A DNA stretch of 64,000 nt. Source: Yuukianura sp. NJ FZ-2021 (taxonomy: Eukaryota). Shown one piece after another: positions 25,901-38,436 of the stretch (position 1 is the first letter of the stretch; the number at the start of each line of letters is the position of its first letter). The stretch lies in assembly GCA_046563655.1 (NCBI GenBank), contig CM102286.1, positions 9,858,001 through 9,922,000 of the forward strand, given 5' to 3'. The notes beneath the pieces are model-generated. The model saw only the letters and a list, made by a program, of their open reading frames with translations. It made no database searches and was not told the DNA's origin. Made by a program: the position numbers and the translations under genes.

Positions 25901-28900
25901 TAAACCCTAACATTCTAACCGCAACTTATTGAGTTTGGTAAAGTGTACCAGAAAAATTATACTTAGCTGAGAGCAAATGAGGCCTGACAAGAGTTTTCTT
26001 TGAGTGTAAATTTAAAACTAAAGCTTAAACATATTTATGTTGTTAAATATGACCAAGGTTGATGTAGAATTTCAACGCAACATATCCATAGTATGGTTAC
26101 GTTTGAGACCAGTTAAAATTGAGTGACGTAACGACAAATGGTTCGTAGAGTTTTGACTGAAACAGGATGGAGATGTTAAAGCCATTGTCAACAGGAAGAA
26201 ACGGCTGGATTACTGTAACCTATTTTTGAGTATTCAATTCTTACCAAATAAATGGAAATGGTATCAGTTGTTTGAGAACATACAAAAACCCGTTTTAACG
26301 CTCAACGCAAATTAACAAATCAAAAATGCATTGTTCACAGCAACAGTATATAAACGGTCTTAAACGAATGAAGCTGTTGAAATTCTACAGCGATGTTTTT
26401 ATTTCGGAAACTTAGGTCAAATTTCAGGCACAACTTTTTAGAAATAAAAACGCTGGTAAAATGTTTTTTTAAACCCTAACATTCTAACCGCAACTTATTG
26501 AGTTTGGTAAAGTGTACCAGAAAAATTATACTTAGCTGAGAGCAAATGAGGCCTGACAAGAGTTTTCTTTGAGTGTAAATTTAAAACTAAAGCTTAAACA
26601 TATTTATGTTGTTAAATATGACCAAGGTTGATGTAGAATTTCAACGCAACATATCCATAGTATGGTTACGTTTGAGACCAGTTAAAATTGAGTGACGTAA
26701 CGACAAATGGTTCGTAGAGTTTTGACTGAAACAGGATGGAGATGTTAAAGCCATTGTCAACAGGAAGAAACGGCTGGATTACTGTAACCTATTTTTGAGT
26801 ATTCAATTCTTACCAAATAAATGGAAATGGTATCAGTTGTTTGAGAACATACAAAAACCCGTTTTAACGCTCAACGCAAATTAACAAATCAAAAATGCAT
26901 TGTTCACAGCAACAGTATATAAACGGTCTTAAACGAATGAAGCTGTTGAAATTCTACAGCGATGTTTTTATTTCGGAAACTTAGGTCAAATTTCAGGCAC
27001 AACTTTTTAGAAATAAAAACGCTGGTAAAATGTTTTTTTAAACCCTAACATTCTAACCGCAACTTATTGAGTTTGGTAAAGTGTACCAGAAAAATTATAC
27101 TTAGCTGAGAGCAAATGAGGCCTGACAAGAGTTTTCTTTGAGTGTAAATTTAAAACTAAAGCTTAAACATATTTATGTTGTTAAATATGACCAAGGTTGA
27201 TGTAGAATTTCAACGCAACATATCCATAGTATGGTTACGTTTGAGACTTCAGTTAAAATTGAATGACGTAACGACAAATGGTTCGTAGAGTTTTGACTGA
27301 AACAGGCTGTAGATGTTAAAGCCATTGTCAACAGGAAGAAGCGGCTGGATTACTGTAACTTATTTTTGAGTATTCAATTCTTACCAAATAAATGGAAATG
27401 GTATCAGTTGTTTGAGAACATACAAAAACCCGTTTTAACGCTCAACGCAAATTAACAAATCAAAAATGCATTGTTCACAGCAACAGTATATAAACGGTCT
27501 TAAACGAATGAAGCTGTTGAAATTCTACAGCGATGTTTTTATTTCGGAAACTTAGGTCAAATTTCAGGCACAACTTTTTAGAAATAAAAACGCTGGTAAA
27601 ATGTTTTTTTAAACCCTAACATTCTAACCGCAACTTATTGAGTTTGGTAAAGTGTACCAGAAAAATTATACTTAGCTGAGAGCAAATGAGGCCTGACAAG
27701 AGTTTTCTTTGAGTGTAAATTTAAAACTAAAGCTTAAACATATTTATGTTGTTAAATATGACCAAGGTTGATGTAGAATTTCAACGCAACATATCCATAG
27801 TATGGTTACGTTTGAGACCAGTTAAAATTGAGTGACGTAACGACAAATGGTTCGTAGAGTTTTGACTGAAACAGGATGGAGATGTTAAAGCCATTGTCAA
27901 CAGGAAGAAACGGCTGGATTACTGTAACCTATTTTTGAGTATTCAATTCTTACCAAATAAATGGAAATGGTATCAGTTGTTTGAGAACATACAAAAACCC
28001 GTTTTAACGCTCAACGCAAATTAACAAATCAAAAATGCATTGTTCACAGCAACAGTATATAAACGGTCTTAAACGAATGAAGCTGTTGAAATTCTACAGC
28101 GATGTTTTTATTTCGGAAACTTAGGTCAAATTTCAGGCACAACTTTTTAGAAATAAAAACGCTGGTAAAATGTTTTTATGGAGATGTTAAAGCCATTGTC
28201 AACAGGAAGAAACGGCTGGATTACTGTAACCTATTTTTGAGTATTCAATTCTTACCAAATAAATGGAAATGGTATCAGTTGTTTGAGAACATACAAAAAC
28301 CCGTTTTAACGCTCAACGCAAATTAACAAATCAAAAATGCATTGTTCACAGCAACAGTATATAAACGGTCTTAAACGAATGAAGCTGTTGAAATTCTACA
28401 GCGATGTTTTTATTTCGGAAACTTAGGTCAAATTTCAGGCACAACTTTTTAGAAATAAAAACGCTGGTAAAATGTTTTTAAACCCTAACATTCTAACCGC
28501 AACTTATTGAGTTTGGTAAAGTGTACCAGAAAAATTATACTTAGCTGAGAGCAAATGAGGCCTGACAAGAGTTTTCTTTGAGTGTAAATTTAAAACTAAA
28601 GCTTAAACATATTTATGTTGTTAAATATCACCAAGGTTGATGTAGAATTTCAACGCAACATATCCATAGTATGGTTACGTTTGAGACCAGTTAAAATTGA
28701 GTGACGTAACGACAAATGGTTCGTAGAGTTTTGACTGAAACGGGATGGAGATGTTAAAGCCATTGTCAACAGGAAGAAACGGCTGGATTACTGTAACCTA
28801 TTTTTGAGTATTCAATTCTTACCAAATAAATGGAAATGGTATCAGTTGTTTGAGAACATACAAAAACCCGTTTTAACGCTCAACGCAAATTAACAAATCA

Positions 28901-30198
28901 AAAATGCATTGTTCACAGCAACAGTATATAAACGGTCTTAAACGAATGAAGCTGTTGAAATTCTACAGCGATGTTTTTATTTCGGAAACTTAGGTCAAAT
29001 TTCAGGCACAACTTTTTAGAAATAAAAACGCTGGTAAAATGTTTTTTTAAACCCTAACATTCTAACCGCAACTTATTGAGTTTGGTAAAGTGTACCAGAA
29101 AAATTATACTTAGCTGAGAGCAAATGAGGCCTGACAAGAGTTTTCTTTGAGTGTAAATTTAAAACTAAAGCTTAAACATATTTATGTTGTTAAATATGAC
29201 CAAGGTTGATGTAGAATTTCAACGCAACATATCCATAGTATGGTTACGTTTGAGACCAGTTAAAATTGAGTGACGTAACGACAAATGGTTCGTAGAGTTT
29301 TGACTGAAACAGGATGGAGATGTTAAAGCCATTGTCAACAGGAAGAAACGGCTGGATTACTGTAACCTATTTTTGAGTATTCAATTCTTACCAAATAAAT
29401 GGAAATGGTATCAGTTGTTTGAGAACATACAAAAACCCGTTTTAACGCTCAACGCAAATTAACAAATCAAAAATGCATTGTTCACAGCAACAGTATATAA
29501 ACGGTCTTAAACGAATGAAGCTGTTGAAATTCTACAGCGATGTTTTTATTTCGGAAACTTAGGTCAAATTTCAGGCACAACTTTTTAGAAATAAAAACGC
29601 TGGTAAAATGTTTTTTAAACCCTAACATTCTAACCGCAACTTATTGAGTTTGGTAAAGTGTACCAGAAAAATTATACTTAGCTGAGAGCAAATGAGGCCT
29701 GACAAGAGTTTTCTTTGAGTGTAAATTTAAAACTAAAGCTTAAACATATTTATGTTGTTAAATATGACCAAGGTTGATGTAGAATTTCAACGCAACATAT
29801 CCATAGTATGGTTACGTTTGAGACCAGTTAAAATTGAGTGACGTAACGACAAATGGTTCGTAGAGTTTTGACTGAAACAGGATGGAGATGTTAAAGCCAT
29901 TGTCAACAGGAAGAAACGGCTGGATTACTGTAACCTATTTTTGAGTATTCAATTCTTACCAAATAAATGGAAATGGTATCAGTTGTTTGAGAACATACAA
30001 AAACCCGTTTTAACGCTCAACGCAAATTAACAAATCAAAAATGCATTGTTCACAGCAACAGTATATAAACGGTCTTAAACGAATGAAGCTGTTGAAATTC
30101 TACAGCGATGTTTTTATTTCGGAAACTTAGGTCAAATTTCAGGCACAACTTTTTAGAAATAAAAACGCTGGTAAAATGTTTTTTTAAACCCTAACATT
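13951..30198. repeat. Tandem satellite, 569-571-bp unit, about 29 units (left array)
   Basis: The unit aacttattgagtttggtaaagtgtaccag...taacattctaaccgc repeats head to tail. Two subtypes (gagaccagtt vs gagacttcagtt) and one internally deleted unit at ~28178. Confidence 0.98.
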
Positions 30199-30410
30199 AG
30201 TAGCATGGTTGGTGTGTGCAAGAACGTAAAACGTTCTAGTTTCGAAAGTTGATTCATCGAGATAACTCAAACAAGAATGCAAGGTGAAGGTCCAAAGTAT
30301 TTGGCGGTTGAGTCATAGAATTAGGTCGTTAATAAGTCACATAAGAAGGTTAAGTTCAATGATGGCATTTTAATATCTTTGGAAATATTATTTGGTACAA
30401 AGTCTGATCT

Positions 30411-30562
30411 GTTTTCAAGGACGGAGGTGACTCACACCTTACGTGCACACGCGTGAACAAAGTCCAAAATCGTTTTTGTGTGGTCCAAAGTCCGACCCTT
30501 TTTCAAGGACGGTGGTGAGTCATGTCCTTAGGTGCACACGTGGGAACAAAGTCCAGAGTCGT
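30411..30562 (+). repeat. Two ~60-bp imperfect direct repeats (period ~89 bp) in the viral left terminus
   Basis: ttttcaaggacggaggtgactcacaccttacgtgcacacgcgtgaacaaagtcca vs ttttcaaggacggtggtgagtcatgtccttaggtgcacacgtgggaacaaagtcca. Confidence 0.85.
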
Positions 30563-30625
30563 ATGTTCATCGTCATTTCAATTTGTACTATTAATAGCCG
30601 GCCCTACAATTAGGTTTTGCGCATG

Positions 30626-30662
30626 TATATATATAGTAACGCTTGAGTTGTGAGAAGTCAGT
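30626..30662 (+). promoter_or_regulatory. Putative Pol II core promoter of the viral IAP (TATA plus arthropod TCAGT initiator)
   Basis: TATATATA at ~30626-30635, TCAGT at 30658-30662 about 30 bp downstream, ATG at 30672. Confidence 0.6.
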
Positions 30663-30671
30663 CAAAGGAAT

Positions 30672-31582
30672 ATGGAGGGCCTCATGAGTTATGAGGGGAG
30701 ACTACAAACGTTTCAGAACGCTCAAGTAATATGGCCATTGAATTTTGTGGCCCCGGAAGCATTTTCGTTTGCGGGATTTTTCTACCTCGGAGTAGATGAC
30801 AAGGTGGGTAATTTTCAACTTTTTCTAAAAAAGTAAAAAATTTGGAATAATTTGTTTTCTGTTGAACAGGTTGCGTGTCCATATTGCCGGGGTGTCGTTG
30901 GGGAATGGGTGGTTGGTGATGAGCCGTTGCTGGAACACCGGAAACATTTCCCACGCTGTCCGTATGTTGTAGTCATGACCGGTCTATTATCCGGGGTCGG
31001 GTTTGTTACCGTTCCGGATGTAACTGGGACCCACGGAGCCGAAGCGACCGGAGCAGCAAGGATTGATGTTTTCGAATATGTGACCACAGGAACCGGTATG
31101 CCCGGCACGGTAGCTTCTGATGTTTCCACCGACCCTGGCCAGATGGGAATAGATGTTGCCGGTGCTGGGACGAGAGGAATCGAGATGGCCGCAGCAGCCG
31201 CACCCGAAACCGACATGGCGGGAAGAACCAGGCCCGAAGCCGACATTCCCAGCGATGGAGGAGGAGGAGCCGATTTGGCCGGGTCGGCAACACGTTACGT
31301 GACAGAAATAACTAGCCTCGAAACTGATATTCCCAGTGTGGGTGGAACTGATGTTGCCGGGACATCTGAACATGTTTCAAGTGCGGCATCCGGCGTGTTG
31401 GCTACTGGTGTTACCAGAGACGACTCTGGCAACAGTATTACTTGTAAGATTTGTTGGGACAAAGAAGCCTGCGACGTATGCCATGTAAACATTTGGTTGC
31501 TTGTCCTACATGTTCATTGTCATTAAGAAGTTGTGCAGTTTGCCGAGAACCTATACTAATTAGATTAAGGGTGTATACTTAG
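30672..31582 (+). pseudogene. iap: Inhibitor of apoptosis (single BIR, low-complexity linker, RING); one intron; frameshift in the RING
   Basis: Exon 1 (30672-30803) RLQTF..WP..AGFFYLGVDDK; GT-AG intron 30804-30869; exon 2 VACPYC..W..GDEPLLEHRKHFPRC. RING CKICWD / PCKHLVACPTC..CAVCR is split by a frameshift near 31477. AATAAA at ~31689. Confidence 0.92.
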
Positions 31583-31814
31583 TCAAGTGTTGGTATTTTG
31601 TGTTGAGTTAGGTTAGCTAGGTTTTAGCTAGGTTTTAGGCTTTAGTTAGGTTTTGTTGCTGTGAGTTCGATTCCTACATTGAGAAATGAATAAAAAAAAA
31701 ATTCGATTCTTTGAAGTGTTTTCGTTTGATCTACGTTTTGTCATTTACTATTTAATGAAGTGAAATTTTTGAGTAAATAAACATTTGTTGTGAGAGCTAA
31801 GAAGAAGAAGAAGT

Positions 31815-34800
31815 ATGGAAGGGATCCGGAGATTTAAGTGTGACAATTGTGGCGACCGTTTCGATTCGCAAGATTCCTTTTGGGATCACGCTTTTGAACA
31901 TCATGTTTACGACCTTCGCATACCACGTCAAGGTATTTCTCTCAAAAAAAGAAAACGTACGCTTTTGGGTATCTTATAAAGTTGTGTAAATTTTGTTAGA
32001 GTGGGAACCAATAGACGGAGAAGTTGCGGGTCCAAGTCGTCCCAGGGTACCAGTCAATGACGAATCTGGAGCAAGGAATTTGGAAAGACCATTAGACCCA
32101 GTTGTAGATGCAATTTTAGAAGGGCTGCTTGATTATGAAGGTATTAGCAACAGAAAAAAAAAGAGTGATATGGATGGTTAGTCTTGAAAATAAAAGAAAT
32201 GGATTTTTCTGTAGAAGAATTGTCAGAAATTCAACAATCAGCCATGAATGAAGATTTGTCAAACTTTCGCGAGAGGTTCTGCTCACAATGTGCCATCAAG
32301 TTTGAGAATGCAGGAGAGCTCGACTACCATCGGTTTGAGTTTCATCGCGAACTTTACATTGATCAAATGGAAGGTCAACAGTGGGGAGGAACTCAAAGTG
32401 GGCTCGAGATTCGAGAAGTTCGGAGGGCTGGACGTCGGCGAAATGGCGCTGACGGTGGTATTGTACGTGAATTCGAGGTGGATTTGACTCCACAACTCTT
32501 TGCAGATGTGACGGGTGTGATGCGAAGTACAGCTAACGCGCTGACAACTTTGGTGGAAGGACTTCTTCAGGAGTTTGGGGGCATGAAGTTGATTTGTACG
32601 TTGGTTGCAGAGATGACAAGAACATCAAGGGAACGACCAGGTGAAGCCGAGGTGGAACGGTTTCCGTTCAACAGTTTTCTACATGGATGTTTTCATCAGA
32701 GTATGATTCAAACTATTTTGAGGCAAATGTATTCTAAAATGAGATTGTCTATGGAATCATTCGTTCACCACGGTTCGGGCTGGAAATTGAAGCGCTTCTT
32801 GGTACTTCAACTGAGAGTTTTCGAGTATAGGATGGACCGAGGGTCAAGTTGGATTCCGACTCCAAAAGTCATTCGCGACAAACGATGCATCATAAATATT
32901 CGTAACAATGACGAATTCTGCTTCAAGTACGCTATCATGGCAGAACTCAACCCACTTTACAAAAACCCAAATGTAGACTGGTACGCCTTTAACAATCCTA
33001 AAAATTATCAGACGGATCTTGGTAAGATTGACTGGGATTGTATAAATTTTCCGATGACCATCGCTCAACTTGACAAGTTCCATCACTTCAATCCACAGAT
33101 TGCTGTAAATGTGTTTGGTTACGAACCTCGAGACGAACTTGCTCCAAGTGTGAAAGGGAAAAAGAAGATTGATATTTTTCCTCTCTACGTATTTAGAGAA
33201 GCAAGAGCTAAAACTGTTGATTTGTTATTGTTAATCGACGGAAACAAGTCTCATTACACACTTTTGCGGCAAAGTGATTATAATCCTACGGAGGGCCTGT
33301 CTCGATTACTAGGAACAGGTGAACGGTGGTATGAAAAGTTTGTGTGTCGTTTTTGTATGTGTTTTTCAAAAAGCGAAAAGAAATTGCAAAATCACCAAAA
33401 GTTTTGTGCGGCGTTGGACGTACAACGTGTCGTTTTTCCAACCGAAATATACTTTACGTCAAGATTCCTCGTGCAACGTCTTCCTGTGCCCTATGTCATA
33501 TACTTAGATTTTGAAGCACTGTTAGTTCCAACAGACGGGATTGGTACTCGACAGATTGGTGACGTTTATAATGAACATTTAGACTGTGGGTGGTCAATGA
33601 GTATCATTGGGCCGGACGGTTATCTGGCGGACCGTGTAGTGACATTTTGTGGTCCGAATGCTGCACTAAGGTTGGTTGACGAACTCGTGTCTGTTGCCGG
33701 AAAGATATATCCAATTTTGAAAGAAGATGTTGGCCTCGACACACGATGGACAGAATCTGACTATGCTCACCTTTTGCTGGCTTCAACTCACTGTATTCAT
33801 TGTGGACTGGAGTTTGTGGAAGGGGTTGACACTAAGTGCATTGACCACTGCCATATTACATCAACCATTCGTGGAGTGAGTTGCGGTCCTTGTAACCTGA
33901 ACGCCCAAGTTTGTTCATTCATTCCAGTTGTTTGTCATGGTTTTCGACATTATGATTCGAAATTTATTGTACAAGCGTTGCGTGCTAGTACAATTAAATC
34001 TGTGGAAGTTTTGGCGAGCAGCAGCACCGAGAAGTTTACTGCGCTTCGGTTGACAACCCATGGAGATCATGTTCTGCGAATGATTGATTCGTATCAGTTT
34101 ATTAGTGCGAGCTTAGCAGAGCAAGTCAAAATGCTTGCCAAAGAAGGAAAAGATAAATTTGGTGTGACTTGTCACCATTTTCAACAGTACGGAAGTAAAA
34201 TTGAATTACTTTTAAGAAAAGGGGTTTACCCTTACAGTTACTTTGACTCCATGGAGCGATTTGATGAAACGTGTTTGCCACCTGCCGAAAAATGGAAAAG
34301 CGATTTGACTGGAAAATCCATCAGTCCTGAAGATTTGGAACATGCGCATACGGTTTGGCGGGAATTTGGCTGTCAAACATTGAGAGATTATCACAACTTG
34401 TACGTTTCTCTTGATGTTTGCCTCCTGGCGGATTGTTTCCAGAATATGAAAAGAAGTATGCTCGAGAGTTTCCGCCTGGATCCGGCGCACTATCTCACTC
34501 TTCCAGGAATAGCATACGACGCAGCAATGTTGGCAGGAAAAGTGGAGTACGAGTATCTGGATGAGATTGACAAGTACATGTATTTTGAACGCGGGATTCG
34601 GGGTGGAATTTGTTCTGTCGGACTACGTTATGCAAAAGCAAATAACCCTTACTTGTGGGATTTGTATGACCCGGCGCTTCTATTGAGTTACATTTGTTAC
34701 TGGGATGCAAACGCCTTGTACGCAACTTGTTTGAGGAACTACGTTCCGTGGAAAGATTTTGTGTAGGAAATGTCACTGGAAAACAGAACAAGAAATTTGG

Positions 34801-36085
34801 ATAGTGTCGTGAAGATGATCATGGATTTGGAGGATTGTGGTCCGGAGGGATTAGTTTTGGAGGTAGATTTGGATTATCCGCAAGAATTGCATGATTCTCA
34901 CAATGACTACCCATTAGCAGTACAGCGAAGTGAAATAACATACGATTGGCTCTCCGACTACACAAAAGAAGTTTTGAAGAACGTGGGAGCTACACCTGGA
35001 TCTTGCAAAAAAACAAAACTTTTCGGAACATTGTGTAACAAAAGAAACTACATTGTCCATTATCGACTTTTAAAGTTGTTTTTGGAGCTTGGACTGAAAC
35101 TTGTGAAGGTTCACAGAGCCATACGGTTTACACAAGCTCCATTATTTCGTGTATACACGGACATTTGTATAACACGTCGACGCGAAGCGACGAATCCGGT
35201 GGATAAGAACTTTTACAAGGCCATGGGAAACATTTTGGCGGGAAAAGTTTACCAAAATGTCCGGAAATATAGGCGGATCAACATTGCATTATCAAGAGAG
35301 AAGATGAGAGAATACGCCCGAAAGCCAACCGTTGAGGACGTCAAAATCATTCATGATGAGTGTGTTTTGTTTGTGATGAAAAAGTTGGCTGCTAGGCTAG
35401 ACAAACCTATTTTTGTTGGACAGTGCATTTTGGATGATTCCAAATGCAGAATGTGCAGTTTTTACTATAAGTGGTTAAAGCCGCGATATGGAGACAACAT
35501 GAGGCTGATGTATACGGATACGGATAGCTTCTTACTTCACATAAAAACGGAAGATGTTTATGCAGATATAGCTGAAAGTGTGAGGAGGAATGAAGGCGTC
35601 TTTGACACATCAAAGTACGACAGAGGAAATGAAAAATTTGGATATTTGTGGAGTGACCAATTTGAAGGGGTTGGTGGTTGCTTCAAGGACGAATGTGCCA
35701 ACGAAGTGATTTCGGAAGCAATAGCATTGAAGCCAAAAATGTATGCAATCAAGATGTTGAAGGACGATGGGACGCAAACTCAACTGAAGAAGGCAAAAGA
35801 AACAGTTCGCTCTGTTGTCGAGAATGAATTGGATTTTGAAGATTACAAAAAAGTTTTAGAAAACGGACGGTTCAAGTCTTGTAGTATGAATACAATTCGA
35901 AGTTTAAATCACCGTTTATATACAACTACAATGTACAAAAAAGTTTGTCAGCATATGAAGATAAGAGTTTTTATTTGTCTCCAATTGATTCATTAAGATT
36001 TGGTCATTATAGAATTGAATTAGAAAAGAATTTGCATCAAATTGTAGACGATTTGGAAGAAGATGAATCAAGCCAATTAGATTAA
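31815..36085 (+). pseudogene. polB: Protein-primed family B DNA polymerase with N-terminal C2H2 fingers and an inserted endonuclease VII/HNH-like domain
   Basis: Exo motifs YLDFEA and HGFRHYDS; Pol motifs YWDANALY, KAMGNILAGK, YTDTDS; insert CIHC..DHCH...RGVSCGPCN. In-frame TAG at 34764-34766, frameshift at the A-run near 35940, and predicted introns 31933-31999 and 32141-32214. Confidence 0.93.
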
Positions 36086-36128
36086 ATGTCCTTCCAGTTA
36101 GTAGTTGTTTGGGGTTTGATTTGTCAAG

Positions 36129-36788
36129 ATGGAAATTCAATGTTCATTGCAGCATCCGTTTGTCATGGTGTTGGCCGGTCCTACACAAAGTGGAAAAAGT
36201 ACATTGATTAAAAAAGTTTTGGAACGCATAGACGAAGTTGTTGAGCCAAAAATCAAGCGTATAATCTACTGTTATGCCGAGAATGAGCCGGATTTTGCAA
36301 AAAGTTTAAAAGGAGTTCACAGTGGAAAAGAAATTGAAATTGATTTTCGCCAAGGTATGAATCAAATTGATGTTGACATTGGAAACAAGACGCCAACTCT
36401 TGTTGTGTTGGATGACTTTATGGAAGACCTTGGATCATCCTTGGATATTTGTAGATTGGTAACTCGGGGTTCCCATCACCGTTCACTGTCTCTTATGATT
36501 ACGATTCAAAATTTTTTCTTTAAAGGATGTAGGAATTTGACTTTAAGTGCAAAATATGTTGCATTATTTCGAAATCCAAGGGATAAGACTATAATAAAAT
36601 ATTTGGGACGACAAATGAATGGCGGAAAAGCAAATTCGACGTTAGAAGAAGCATTTGAGGATGCTACAAAAAATAAGCCAAATAGCTATTTATTTTTAGA
36701 TATGTCTCAAAGTCAAAATGATGACTTTCGAATAAGATCAAATGTATTTGCAGATCCAGAATCTTGTCTAGTATATTTGAAAAAGTAA
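36129..36788 (+). CDS. Polinton-type genome-packaging ATPase (A32/FtsK-like)
   Basis: Walker A GPTQSGKS, Walker B LVVLDD, GSHHRSLS..ITIQN, FRNPRD and YLFLD motifs. Confidence 0.92.
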   Translation: MEIQCSLQHPFVMVLAGPTQSGKSTLIKKVLERIDEVVEPKIKRIIYCYAENEPDFAKSLKGVHSGKEIEIDFRQGMNQIDVDIGNKTPTLVVLDDFMEDLGSSLDICRLVTRGSHHRSLSLMITIQNFFFKGCRNLTLSAKYVALFRNPRDKTIIKYLGRQMNGGKANSTLEEAFEDATKNKPNSYLFLDMSQSQNDDFRIRSNVFADPESCLVYLKK

Positions 36789-36794
36789 CATACC

Positions 36795-37145
36795 TTAGTT
36801 TCGTTTCAATTTTGAAAGTCCTTCTGTGAGACAATCAAATAAATGGATTGGAATCACAGCACTAGATGCAGCATCGTAAACATTTTTAATATGTAAATGT
36901 GTGAGGGGTCCTTGGTCGTTTCCTTGTTCGTTGCCAATGTATAGCTGCCAACCATCTTCCAAATTAACTCGTGGTGGCGGATGTGGTTTAGGAAATTCTT
37001 GACGAACTTCAACTACCATTGCCAAAGATGTGACTTTGCGAGGAAGTTTGGGAATACGAACACGTTTGCGTTGCTTCTTTTCTTGGAGTTCTCCTGTGAT
37101 AAGATTTGGATTTAGGTTAAGAAAATCTTGAATTGGAGAATCCAT
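36795..37145 (-). CDS. Hypothetical viral protein with a basic NLS-like stretch
   Basis: Open frame MDSPIQDFLN..KKQRKRVRIPKLPRK.. tightly packed between the ATPase and the integrase; no family recognised. Confidence 0.5.
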   Translation of the reverse strand: MDSPIQDFLNLNPNLITGELQEKKQRKRVRIPKLPRKVTSLAMVVEVRQEFPKPHPPPRVNLEDGWQLYIGNEQGNDQGPLTHLHIKNVYDAASSAVIPIHLFDCLTEGLSKLKRN

Positions 37146-37303
37146 TTCGGATGACTTTTGTTCTGTTTTGTTGAGGTTACAGTTACAAGAAAATGTTTCA
37201 CAAACAGTAATTGTAGTAGTAGAATTTTTCTTGAAACAAAAATTTGCAAATGAACGCCAGAGAGAGCAAATTTGACATGAGCTCATGTCACGGAAAGTTA
37301 AAC

Positions 37304-38292
37304 TCAAGACTGAGGAATGCGTTGAAGTTCTTCGTTGTAAAATATTCCAAATATGTGTTCACCTTTGCCATCTTTTAACTTGTAGGTTACGGGTTGCGTA
37401 TTACAAACTTCAACAATTTGAAAAATTTCTTTTGTCCAGCTTTGGGCATATCCCTTTTCAAAAATCATTTTAGTTTTACTAATTATTACGGAGTCTCCGA
37501 CGTTGAAGTTAGGACGTTTGTGTTTTGCTTGGCTTTGTTTTGGTGAGTATCCGTACAAGTTTAGAAATACTTGAGTTTTTGTGTCTTCATTGACTTGATT
37601 TGGCGTAACATTTGATGGAACGATGATATGTGTTGTTGTATTATTATTATTATTATTATTATTAGTATTAGTATATTTACAATACTTTGCAAAACATCTA
37701 AAAATTTATTAGTCTGATTGTGTGTCATATATCTTGCCAACCTTCTCATTAATGTTTGGTTAAATCTTTCAACTATTACTGCCTTCAGTTCGGATCTAGT
37801 ACTAAAGTATGAAACAGAATGTTGTTTTAAAAGTTGTTTAACATTTTGATTTAAAAACTCTTTCCCTTCATCAAATTGAATTGACTTGGGAGGGCCTCTT
37901 TTCTTAAAAATTTTTTGCAACGCGTTTGCTACTTGACTTCCAGTTTTCTTTTTTAAAGGAATGACGTCAGCGACTTTAGAAAAACCGTCAATACAAGTTA
38001 ACAAGAAGTTATGATTCGTATTCGACTCGGAATACTTTGAAATGTCGATTAGGTCAATTATATACTGATATCTAATAGACGGTATAAAAACTTTTCGTCT
38101 TTTGTATCGTTTTCTAGCAGGTTTGTGAAGAGTATAAGCTGGAAGTTGTTCTAATGCTTTTAGTACACTTCTTTTGCTGAATCCATTTTTCTTTTGAGCT
38201 TGAAAAGTTCCTTCTAATCCAGAAAATGCAAAAGTTGAACGAGGATTAACGTATTCTTTACGAATTTTCTCTGTCAACTGTTTCTGTGCCAT
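37304..38292 (-). pseudogene. Polinton retroviral-like (rve/DDE) integrase, frameshifted
   Basis: YTLHKPARKRY, IIDLID, QFDEGKEF, VERFNQTL, YNNTYHRSIK, FNVGDSVIIS..FEKGY..WTKEIF..FYNEELQ. An (ATT)n insertion at ~37640-37672 breaks the frame. Confidence 0.93.
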
Positions 38293-38436
38293 TGTACAGA
38301 TTAAGTCTGACTACAAGAATTGGAGATGCAACAGTATATATCGTGGAGGTATATAAACGAGGTTAATCATTTGAAGTCTCAACATGAAACTGTTCACACC
38401 ACGTACAAAACAAGGCCGTGTGGTTGTTGGATCATC

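Noticed and set aside
30682..31492. Several overlapping minus-strand ORFs over the IAP
   Set aside because: Shadows of a GC-rich low-complexity linker; the plus strand carries the BIR and RING motifs.
34764..34769. Programmed readthrough or a two-gene split of pPolB at the TAG
   Set aside because: It falls where Trp (TGG) is expected after motif A, and neighbouring genes also carry lesions; a nonsense mutation is simpler.
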